Shown piece after piece: positions 8,451 through 17,567 of a DNA stretch of 64,000 nucleotides (position 1 is its first letter; each line of letters starts with the position of its first letter). The translations under genes were made by a program, and so were the position numbers. Location: sequence record MW021758.1; one strand, 5' to 3'. The notes beneath the pieces were generated by a model, which saw only the letters and a program-made list of their open reading frames with translations, did no database searches and was not told where the DNA came from.

Positions 8451-9176
8451 TTACGTCCTCAGGATCGCTTCGATCGGTTGAATTACCGTGTTAGGGTTAA
8501 CAATCGCCGAATCCAGACCATCTGCGGTATAACTACCGGAGATCTTGGTCGTGGTATCCGTAGAACCATCCACTACGTTACGCAATGGAATCCATGAATA
8601 AGGAATCGTGTAAACGTCAGAATACTTCTTCACGCTTTGACGCAAAGGTAAACGACGGTTACTGTCCTGGCGGGCGATCTGCGCTACGATCATTTCACCG
8701 ATAGACGGTGTGGCCACCAGATGCGTCCCGGTATAGTACGGGGACAGGGTAAAGAAGTTGGAGAGGTCGGTGTACGACATAAACCAAGGGATACGTCCGC
8801 GCGCCAATACTTCTTCGAACAGATAATACAGCAAGGTGTTGTCTTTCAGCAGATCCAGGGAAGCAAAGACAGTTTGTCCAGGCTTGTAGGTCAGCTCGTA
8901 ATAAGAAACGCCTTTGATCTCAACTGTCTTGATCGAAGCAGGTTTGGTACGGAACATACTTGGGGTAGTCGTAACTGCGTAACTGCCGTCCGGGTTAATC
9001 ATTGTAAAGAAGCCAACGATCAGGGTTTCAATACCCATGGAAATCAGCTTCTTAGAACGAAACGACTCTTGAATCTGAATACGGCAGCCGGTCTTAGTGA
9101 CCAGGCTGCCTTGTTTAGTTTCTTCGAGTGTAGCCTTGACAGCATCTGCATTACGCTTTAATGCAGAGATATCCAT
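8451..9176 (-). CDS. Probable small virion RNAP subunit (beta' C-terminal part; SPN3US gp244-like by position) (241 aa)
   Basis: IGEMIVAQIAR resembles RpoC HIEVIVRQMLR; TTTKISGSYTADGLDSAI resembles RpoC [20 protein letters not shown]; lies between a head protein gene and the protease. Confidence 0.55.
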   Translation of the reverse strand: MDISALKRNADAVKATLEETKQGSLVTKTGCRIQIQESFRSKKLISMGIETLIVGFFTMINPDGSYAVTTTPSMFRTKPASIKTVEIKGVSYYELTYKPGQTVFASLDLLKDNTLLYYLFEEVLARGRIPWFMSYTDLSNFFTLSPYYTGTHLVATPSIGEMIVAQIARQDSNRRLPLRQSVKKYSDVYTIPYSWIPLRNVVDGSTDTTTKISGSYTADGLDSAIVNPNTVIQPIEAILRT

Positions 9177-9185
9177 TGGCTCTCC

Positions 9186-10667
9186 TTACGCGGTGACGTC
9201 GAACTGGGATACCAGCCATTTAGCCAGGTAGATAACAGCTGCACGATAAGCTGCGTACTCCGGCTTTTCTTCGCCCTCTTCGATATCGCGTTCGATGATA
9301 TCGATGATGGAACGGGTATCAATGAAGTTAAAGATACCGGTGGTGGCGATGTTCTTAACCAGGTAGAACAGGTTAGGTACGCCGGCCATGTCCCAATCGC
9401 CATAAGCGTTCAGGCCACTTGCGTTCAGGTTATCGAGGATAGCTTTAACGCGGGCGGTACGATCGTAGCCGTCTGGCAGATAATCGTTCGGCAGCGCTTG
9501 GAGTTTCTGTTCGATAACCGGGGCGATGATATTTTTCAGGCGCAGCTGGAATCCTTTCTCAACGAAGTCGTTGCGAGACTTATCCAGTTGTTCCCACAGG
9601 CCTTGATAGAAACGTGCGTTGGTGATGAAGGACTGCAAGTCCATCTTAGCACCACGAGGATCCATCATGCCGCCAATGATGATTTCAGGAGTAACGTCCT
9701 GAGCCAGGGCATTGGTGTAAACGATTTCGTTAACCAGGATACGCGCTTTGCTCGCATCGGTAACGATACCGCGCTGGTCCGCCCAACGGATGATCAGACG
9801 TTGACGTTTAACGTCGTCAGTGAAGTTACGGATCAGGTTTTGGATCTGTTGACCCATGGAGAGTTTCATCCCCTGGATAACGCCTTTGTACTGATCCAGC
9901 GACATGCCGGTGCCTGGGATTACGTTGTCCATGAAGCTATCGATCAGGAAATACCCAACGATGGCCAGGTCAACGATACCTGGGTTAACCAGAGAGAAGC
10001 GATAGCCGTCGCCAGACTTGACGATCATGTTGTAGATGCCGCGAGAGACTTCGTCGTTGGCCTGGTTAAAGGTACCGCGGAAGAAGGCTTCGTACATTTC
10101 CACAATGCGGCTGTGGCCGTATTTAGCGATGGTGGCTGCCATTGCATCGTCCAGCTCAGGTAAACCGGTACGCAGGGCATTGATGAGCTCTGCATCGGTC
10201 TTAGCCGGGGCGTCTTTGATCAGACGAGCAAAAGGTACGTTACTGTTCATTTTACCGAACAGTTCAGCAACTACTGGCAGGGTGCTCAGGTCACCGATAC
10301 CGACAGGAACAATTTCGTATTCCAGTGGTTCAGATTCCTGAACTTTATCCATCAGGGTCGCAGAGGTTTCAGTGATGAACGGGACGACAACGTCACGTAC
10401 ATATTTGATCTGACGAACCAGAGCGGGGCCGACGGTAGCAACGACGTCAGAGATTGCTGCGTCGTGGAGATCGAACCCGTCAGCTTCACGCGCTGAGGCA
10501 ACGATCATTTCTTGGGCGAAGGATTCCAGCGAAGGGCCTTCGGTCTGAAGAACAGGTGCCGAGTTAACGACAGCTTCTTCCAGGATAGAGTTAGGGCGAG
10601 GAGTTACGCAAGCACATTCGTTGCTTACAATCATCTGAGCCAGTTCTACTGATTTATTACTGAGCAT
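9186..10667 (-). CDS. Virion head/ejection protein, likely protease-processed (493 aa)
   Basis: Conserved position between RNAP beta and the protease; N-terminal PSLES putative S-x-E cleavage site. Confidence 0.6.
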   Translation of the reverse strand: MLSNKSVELAQMIVSNECACVTPRPNSILEEAVVNSAPVLQTEGPSLESFAQEMIVASAREADGFDLHDAAISDVVATVGPALVRQIKYVRDVVVPFITETSATLMDKVQESEPLEYEIVPVGIGDLSTLPVVAELFGKMNSNVPFARLIKDAPAKTDAELINALRTGLPELDDAMAATIAKYGHSRIVEMYEAFFRGTFNQANDEVSRGIYNMIVKSGDGYRFSLVNPGIVDLAIVGYFLIDSFMDNVIPGTGMSLDQYKGVIQGMKLSMGQQIQNLIRNFTDDVKRQRLIIRWADQRGIVTDASKARILVNEIVYTNALAQDVTPEIIIGGMMDPRGAKMDLQSFITNARFYQGLWEQLDKSRNDFVEKGFQLRLKNIIAPVIEQKLQALPNDYLPDGYDRTARVKAILDNLNASGLNAYGDWDMAGVPNLFYLVKNIATTGIFNFIDTRSIIDIIERDIEEGEEKPEYAAYRAAVIYLAKWLVSQFDVTA

Positions 10668-10852
10668 TACGCAATCCCCTGGTCAATTTTCTGATTACGG
10701 ACTTCGCTAGCAATTGCAGCGGCCAAGTCTTCCTCAACGTTAGCGCCTTCTGGGATAATGAAGTCTTCGCTTTTCGCGTTCTTCAGTACACGCTTCCCAG
10801 CCTCGAGGATATTCGCCAATGACAGGACGGTAACTGCCTGATTGTCGTTCAT
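10667..10852 (-). CDS. Small virion-associated protein (61 aa)
   Basis: Stop overlaps the start of the next gene (TAATG coupling); GAAGG RBS. Confidence 0.65.
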   Translation of the reverse strand: MNDNQAVTVLSLANILEAGKRVLKNAKSEDFIIPEGANVEEDLAAAIASEVRNQKIDQGIA

Positions 10853-10879
10853 GTTTTGAAACCTTCCATCAAAAAGTAA

Positions 10880-10903
10880 GCTGGGTAGGGGCCCCTACCC
10901 AGC
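10880..10903 (-). terminator. Perfect 24-bp palindrome / terminator-like hairpin after RNAP beta
   Basis: gctgggtagggg|cccctacccagc; short A-tract at 10871-10875. Confidence 0.55.
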
Positions 10904-10920
10904 GGCTACGTAACTACTGA

Positions 10921-12072
10921 CTACTCTTCGTTGTAAGCGTTTAGCATCGCAGTGGCAATGTGTTGGAGAAGGATGTTAACCATCCCCGACATCATCGCTG
11001 AGTTTACGATACGTGCGTTTACAGACTTGTACGAGAACTGGAGATCTACGTCCCATGGTTTATCGCCAGGAATCACTGGACCGACAGTACGGCACTTACC
11101 AGTGAACACCCCAGACACCACGGACTTTTTCTGGTTACCCACCACGATCTTGTCCCCGTCACCCATAGAGCGGTCATGGGTAATGTAGATACGAATCGCC
11201 ATCATATCAATCTCAATAGAGAGACCGTCCAATCGCGTAGGCGTGAAAATCTGCCCAGTCTTCGCTTCTGTACCACCCAAAGCCTTAGAAAGCTTGGCGC
11301 GTTGGTTATCGTAGTAATCCGCAATTTTCCGTAATGAAGGAGACATGTCTTCCTTCTCACCGAAATAGATTACCTCGATTTTCTCGATATCTCCTACATA
11401 CTTAGCACGCGGAGCTGGAGAACCCAAACGTTTCAATGCTTCCAAAGTGGACTCGTCGAACAAATCACTCGCAGAAGAAACCTCATCCTCAATGTAGCCG
11501 AGAACCGTTTCATTATCTACATGTTCGCCAACCGCTACCAGATTACGAATACCCTGGTTAAAGTTAACCAAGATAGTACGCGTATGGCTAGTCGGCGTGT
11601 GCAGACGTTTAGAGAGTGATTCGGAGATCAAACTCGCATCCTCAAAGGTCGAGTTGTTTTCCATCAGTGCGATGTTAGCCAGAGTACCTGACTTCCACAG
11701 CACCTGAGTCGGGTCACGCCAGTCGCGCTGGAAGAACCCAGGATGGTAACTTACGATCTCACCTTCTACTACTCGCTTACCCACTTCCAGTTCAGATACT
11801 ACGGCGTGTGGAACAACGTGACCAGTTACCACACCGAAGCGACGACCTAATTGGATACGCTCCTCACCTAATTTCTCATCGTCGTATTTTACGACCATGT
11901 AGTTAGGGCCTTTCTCGGTCACTACCCCTGGGCCTTTAGCCGCGGTAGCGAAGGTATCGTCAACACGGTGAGCCATGACTTGCTCGTACCCAGTACGGAT
12001 AGGAGAAACCATTGCGTCACTAGAAGCGATAACGTGAGATTGCTGAATAGAGATGAAACTTACTCGCTTTGG
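10921..12072 (-). CDS. rpoB: Virion RNAP beta subunit (phiKZ gp178-like), exon 2 (383 aa)
   Basis: PKRVSFISIQQSH (RpoB ANRALMGANMQRQ), RTGYE, NSTFEDASLIS (GYNFEDSILVS) and GDKIVVGNQKKSVV (GDKMAGRHGNKGVI). The ORF-track start at 12111 lies inside the intron. Confidence 0.9.
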   Translation of the reverse strand, partial: PKRVSFISIQQSHVIASSDAMVSPIRTGYEQVMAHRVDDTFATAAKGPGVVTEKGPNYMVVKYDDEKLGEERIQLGRRFGVVTGHVVPHAVVSELEVGKRVVEGEIVSYHPGFFQRDWRDPTQVLWKSGTLANIALMENNSTFEDASLISESLSKRLHTPTSHTRTILVNFNQGIRNLVAVGEHVDNETVLGYIEDEVSSASDLFDESTLEALKRLGSPAPRAKYVGDIEKIEVIYFGEKEDMSPSLRKIADYYDNQRAKLSKALGGTEAKTGQIFTPTRLDGLSIEIDMMAIRIYITHDRSMGDGDKIVVGNQKKSVVSGVFTGKCRTVGPVIPGDKPWDVDLQFSYKSVNARIVNSAMMSGMVNILLQHIATAMLNAYNEE

Positions 12073-12496
12073 TCTAGTCGTCAATGAATTCGCTAAATTC
12101 ACCTGCGGCATTACCCGCTACCCTAGCTGTTAGCTAGTTCAGGAGACTATATCATCGCCCTATTCTTTAGGGCGCTCTCTATTTCGACCCTCGCTCGAGT
12201 GGTCTACTCTACTCCGTTACATGCTACACATCCGTGTCATGTCGTTTCGATAGTCGTTGAACGTTCCCCGTGGTATCTACGATACGGTAGAGGCTTCGCT
12301 GCGAAAGATCGGATTGGTTACCGAACTCGATTCCCCATTGTACATCCACACACTTTTTAGAGCATTCACGTTTGTCCTTTCGAACTCCGTTGTAGCAGTG
12401 TGGCTTTAGTGGGTTCCCGCAATTAAGAGAGTTATTCGACTGGGGTTACTCCCAGAAGCGACCCGTACTTCAGTTAGTGAACTAAAGTAAATATTG
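12073..12496 (-). ncRNA. Group I self-splicing intron, IA2-like, ORF-less, 424 nt
   Basis: Minus strand: P element UUAAUUGCGGGAA; R UUCAACGACUA; S GAUGAUAUAGUCU; P7 A(C)GACUA/UAGUCU; P3 CUCUCU/AGAGAG; P8 CGCCCUA/UAGGGCG; P7.1 and P7.2 hairpins; P1 CGAU|C/GGUCG with a U-G pair at the 5' splice site. Removal restores the YDD-PKR motif. Confidence 0.92.
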
Positions 12497-15400
12497 ATCG
12501 TCGTATGTCGCAAATGGAGCTACGAGCGCTGACGTACTCAGAAGGTTACCGACACCGTTCTTCGGATCCGGATCAACAGTTGGAACTGCTGTACCACGAA
12601 GCGAGGTCAGGTTAGGGTTAGCGGTAAGGAATGTGTTAATCCCTACGTCACCGTTATCCACCGATGCTTCTGCACGAATACCGATATCCGATTTATGGAA
12701 CGCACGAGTACGGCGAACCATTGCACGTTTAGACCGACCGCCTGTACCAGAGTAAGTTACGTTCTCTTTCTCTTTAAGGTTGTGGATTGGGTTAGAATCC
12801 TCAACGATGGCGACGGATGGATCACGCTGGATTGCCGCCAATACTTCAAACGGCGGGATATCGATAGTTGCACGGGAACTAACAGGCTGACTGGCGTAAG
12901 AACGATACGCGTTGGACAAAGTACGGTAGACTTCGCCAGGCATACGTTCGTAACCACGGAACAGAGAACCGTCTGAGGAAATATCACTCGGATAGTTATC
13001 GGTCACCAGATAGAAAGCTGCCTTGATGAACAGGTCGTTCAACTCGGTCGGTTCTTTCATATCGCGCAGTACGTCAATAGCGATAGGATCTAAGAACAAC
13101 GCATTGATGTTGTCGATCTCACGCACGTAACGCGCACTCAGGTTAGCCATACCGAACAGCAGGTTAAAGGTGTCCGGATTGTCCAGCTCTTGTACAGAGA
13201 AGCTACGGAGGTATTTCTTCCAACGTTGGAGGGAAGCCCAAATCAGACTACTATTACCACCGTGGACAGGGAAGCGCCAAACTTCATCAGCAAAGACTAA
13301 CTCGAACGTACCTGGGACAGGCTCGACGCGAGTGCCTTTAACACGACGCTCTGGTTTTACTGGGAGAGTGTTCATCAACTTAGTGATGCCCATGTGATAC
13401 ATGAGGATCGCAGCCATCGGAATCTCTTCGCCCATGATCTTAACGATCACTTGCTCAACCGGAAGTTTCTCATCAGGTAATCCCAACATCTCGTTGATAG
13501 AACCTAACACATTACCTTTAGCGTCGACGAGCTTACCTTCATTATTCATGAAGATGAACTCTTTACCTTTGCGACCAACTGGAACCCAGCCCTTCGCCTT
13601 AGCTGCCACTACGACGTCTTCCGTGTAGTTATTCGCCAGGTTAGGGTAGTCGAATGTAAACAGGATTCCATTCAGTACAAAGGAGACGAACTCTTTTGCC
13701 AATGCGGAATATTCGCGCGGTACGTCCTGATCTTCCGTGAATGTATTGCCCAGTACCAAATCGGTAACGGTAGGGACGTCGAGCTGACTAGACCTTTCGA
13801 TCAGGTCAACGAGGACATGGCCCAAATCTTCACTTGCGCGCGAAGAGCGCTCAACGAAGAGTTTACCGTAGTACGTAGACAACGCCACGATGCTCGGAGA
13901 GATCTTACGGATTGGTTTATCGAACTTAAGTTTACGCATGAAGTACTTAGTGCCATTCACGCGATACTTACCATTCTTATCCACTGCCGGTAATTGGAAG
14001 CGGATAGTAGAAGGACTACCATAGACCGGCACGACTTTAATCGTGTAGTCGTAGAGGTCGTTCAACGCATCGGATTTCTTCTCGACGCGATAATCCGTAA
14101 TTGCCAGACCTGCCTTCTGTAAACTGACGACCATGTTTGCAACATCTTTCTGGAAGACATTACTGATGTAATCTTGGTCGTAGTTCAGTAAGGTAGACTT
14201 CAACATGGTCTTATCGACCACGTGAGGGATGTCCGGAATCTCTTTCGCTTTAAAGTCCCACAGTTGCTCGTGAGGGATCTTCATGAAGTCTTCCAGTGTA
14301 CCTTCACCGAATGGTGCTTTGATACTCTTGAAGCTGTTAGCGAGGCGTACATGACGTTTAAACTCGTTACCCGAGATAAGTCCTTTACTCAGGAGATCAC
14401 GAGAACGTTTTTCAACCGGTTTGATCAACGGGTTGTTGGTATCGATGACTTCCTCTTCCGATTTACCCGGAGTAGGCTTGTCTACTACAACAGTCGTTTC
14501 CTCTGGCTGGAAACTCGTGGTCGCCGTGACGTCGGTATTTTGAATTGGCGTTTCGCTGCGCTTAGTTGCCAAAATCTCACGAGGAGTTTTGGTTACACGC
14601 TGAGCGCTACGACGAAGACGTGCGATGTCACTTTCGCCTTTGTCGCCAACGCTGACATCTACATTCGGGTCGCCAGGTTGTGGTTCAGGGACTTTAATGT
14701 CACTGACTTCGGCTTCACCTGTTTCTACAACTTCTTCTTCAACAGTGATTTTGTCGGATACCGAAGTCGTCGTTACGATGTTCTGCAAGTAGCGATCCAT
14801 CGTCTGAGACATTGAACCGAAACCGATACCGCGCTCGTTCTCTTCCGACTTAACCCATTGGTCAAGTTTATCGAAGGAGAGCAGGCTGAACTTACCGTTA
14901 CGCATGACAACCAGGTTAAGGTTCTTCAATGCATTACTTGGGATGGAACCCAGGATGGATTCATCGCGGTTCTCTGACATCCACTTCCAAAGATCAGAAA
15001 GGAACAGAGACGCGTCATCTTGGAAGTAACCCAGGCGAATACGGTTCATCGACTCAACTGCTACGATCGGATCGTCATCGCCCATTGAGAGTGAAGATTC
15101 ATCGAAGGACTCGAACGCAGGTTCATCACCCCAACCTAACGCACTGGCATCAAACGCCTCGTTGGAGAACGCAGTACCCTGGCCAGTCATGATACCGGGA
15201 TAGAGGTTATCGTAGTACCGTGCGATAGTATCGCCTTGTTGGCTCTGCAGATTACTTTGCTGAGCCTGACGCGCATCTTGAATTACATCGTAGGCTTCAA
15301 CCGAGACGTTCAGGTATTGACGTGACGGTAATACATCCGGCAGAGTAAGGAAGAGGAACTGGGGACGACTAGACTGTTCGCCGAAATATTTGACACGGTC

Positions 15401-15856
15401 AGCAAACGTCTTCATCAGGTTTTGGAAACGGAACCACCGGGCCATTGGGATCGGTTGGTATTTCCATTGCATCGGGATCAAAGCGTAGTTAACAACGATT
15501 GCAGTTTGACGATCGTCTAACGCTCTGGCGATGTCTGTAACGCGTCTGTAGCGACGATTACGAATCAGCCACTGGCGCTTCAGGTTCTCTACGTTAAAGG
15601 CGCCACGACGGCGAGGAGCGCCTTCATGGGAGGTCATATCGGTAACCTGGTCTACGTAGGGACGAAGACGTTCATTGATAATCGGGAAGAACTGATCGTC
15701 CGGGCCTAAATCGGAAACCGACTGAGGCAGGTAGTGAACGATCGCTCCACGAGGGAGTTTGAAGTTCTCCAGATTAAACAGTTTCGGGGTAGTTAACCCC
15801 GAAGTAGAACGTATACCGAATCGTTGATAGAGTTCGGGATAAGTAATGTTACTCAT
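12497..15856 (-). CDS. rpoB: Virion RNAP beta subunit (phiKZ gp178-like), exon 1 (1120 aa; spliced product about 1503 aa)
   Basis: GKYRVNGTKYFMRKL (RpoB GTFIINGTERV), VTYSGTGGRSKRAM, RAFHKSDIG and PFATYDD (PFLEHDD); ATG at 15856 has GGAG at usable spacing. Confidence 0.9.
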
Positions 15857-15885
15857 TGTCAGAGACACTCCTAAGAGTAATTAAT

Positions 15886-17523
15886 TTATTTCGGCCCGCC
15901 AGTGATATTACGGAGTACCAAGTCGAGGTTATCTACGTCAGCAGAAAGTGCCAGGCTACCTCGAGCAGATACGTACCACTCTTTCTTACTCTTGATGAGT
16001 TCGTACTCTTCCAGAGAATCACGACCGTACACTGCAGTGAAAGTACAACGGTCACCGTCATAGTCCGCGCCCAGCGGGGCGATACGTGACGGGTGTGGAC
16101 TGAGGGTCATATAGTGAGTCGCTTTTTGCGACTGGTCTGGGAACTCATTGGCAATGAAGTCCGGACCAAGGCGATGCCAGCTTTCGTCCAACTCAGGGAG
16201 AGATTGCGTCTTCTGAGTTGTCTTACAATAGATGTTTCCTATGTAAGTAGAGCCTGGGCCAGTTACCGGATAACGGGTAACGATACCGGCCATTTTGTGC
16301 CACTCACGATAACCGCTCAGATAATAAAGAGAGGTCATGTTAATAGGGTAGACATACTTTTTGTCGAACCCTTGAGGTAGCTCATTAATATCTGCAAAGA
16401 AACGCCAACCTTGTGGGCCAGCATAAAGCAGACCAAGGTAGTAGCCATCGACCATAATTGGACGCTGACGGAAACCTAGGATCTTGTACCGGGTAATCTC
16501 TGCATCGATACCCTCTTTAGTCGTCCAACGAGTGACGGACTCTGGAGAAGGTTTTACGAATACTGCGCGCAGTGTCTTAGGATCGGTCAAGCGAACTTCA
16601 TCTTCGGTGTTACCGGAGAATACCTGGCCAACCCAACCGTTACGAATGAAGTAACGTGTCTTAGGAAGTACTGCTTTAATTACTTGATACAGACCGAGCT
16701 GGACGTCGTTGATGACTGGAGTACGGTTAGAGCCCAGGCGATCAGTACCTACGTTCATCGGCGTGATTACGTTAGCGGTACCGTTCAGGATTTTACGAGA
16801 TGCCCACTTGGACAACGCAAACCCCTTCTTGCCTTTAATCATGTTAAAGACGTACTCAAAGATCTCGTTGAAGTTACGTTGTAAACTCAGACGAGAATAG
16901 TTGATGATTGGGTCATTGCGGTTGGTGGATGAACCGGAGATACCGTTAGCGATGGAAATCATTGCACGGTAGAATTTGTTGATCTCGTCTTCTGAGGTTC
17001 TTCCTGTGCCCGGTTCAACAATCAGGTCACGTAAACCTGCCGGCATCACCAAGATGCGTTCGAGCATTGCTTTATTACGGTTTTCGTTAATCAAGCGAAC
17101 GCGAAGGTTACGGATCTCAGAATCGCCTTCCTCTATAACGAGGTTAGGGAAATGTTTAACGAAGAAAGCAAAGCCTGTTTCACCAACCGTCTCATCGGCT
17201 GGGATGAAGTCTTTTTTCTCTTCGTCAAATATCGCGTAACGAGTACCTTCGATAATTTCGGTATAGAGACGTTTCAATGTCCCCAAACGTTTGTAAATCA
17301 AAGGGTGGAAAATGGACGTGTTTAAATTAATATAGCTGAATCTTCCGTCACGTTCTGGGCTACCTAGCGTACCGTAAGTCTCTACGCTAAACAAACCGTC
17401 CCGGTTGAAGTTACGTGTGCCCGTTTCGAAAATTTCAGTTGTGGTCGTTGCTCGCATGGAACGAATAAGTTCTGGAGTAACGTCCATAATGAAAATGTTA
17501 AAAGGCATTTCATTGAGACGCAT
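15886..17523 (-). CDS. rpoC: Virion RNAP beta' subunit, N-terminal/catalytic part (phiKZ gp180-like) (545 aa)
   Basis: DGLFSVETYG; VMPAGLRD; catalytic LGADYDGD (NADFDGD) motif; divergent from the tape measure gene as in phiKZ. Confidence 0.92.
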   Translation of the reverse strand: MRLNEMPFNIFIMDVTPELIRSMRATTTTEIFETGTRNFNRDGLFSVETYGTLGSPERDGRFSYINLNTSIFHPLIYKRLGTLKRLYTEIIEGTRYAIFDEEKKDFIPADETVGETGFAFFVKHFPNLVIEEGDSEIRNLRVRLINENRNKAMLERILVMPAGLRDLIVEPGTGRTSEDEINKFYRAMISIANGISGSSTNRNDPIINYSRLSLQRNFNEIFEYVFNMIKGKKGFALSKWASRKILNGTANVITPMNVGTDRLGSNRTPVINDVQLGLYQVIKAVLPKTRYFIRNGWVGQVFSGNTEDEVRLTDPKTLRAVFVKPSPESVTRWTTKEGIDAEITRYKILGFRQRPIMVDGYYLGLLYAGPQGWRFFADINELPQGFDKKYVYPINMTSLYYLSGYREWHKMAGIVTRYPVTGPGSTYIGNIYCKTTQKTQSLPELDESWHRLGPDFIANEFPDQSQKATHYMTLSPHPSRIAPLGADYDGDRCTFTAVYGRDSLEEYELIKSKKEWYVSARGSLALSADVDNLDLVLRNITGGPK

Positions 17524-17567
17524 GGTAAACGTGCTCCTCTCAAACTTTAGTTAATAAAGGTAGTGTA

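Noticed and set aside
10880-10903. Perfect 24-bp palindrome as an operator or recombination site
   Set aside because: Single copy, placed right after a stop codon with an adjacent U-tract; adequately explained as a terminator.
12073-12111. ORF-track start MPQVNLANSLTTR for a separate 396-aa RNAP gene
   Set aside because: These codons lie in the intron P9 region; RpoB similarity begins only at PKR, so this is exon 2 rather than an independent gene.
12112-12481. Reading the gap as a frameshift, pseudogene or plain intergenic spacer
   Set aside because: All group I core pairings are present and both flanks keep intact catalytic motifs.
15886-17523. Inteins or further introns in beta', RecA-like, RNase H, SbcC or portal
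   Set aside because: Frames are continuous, lengths look normal and no splice motifs were seen.
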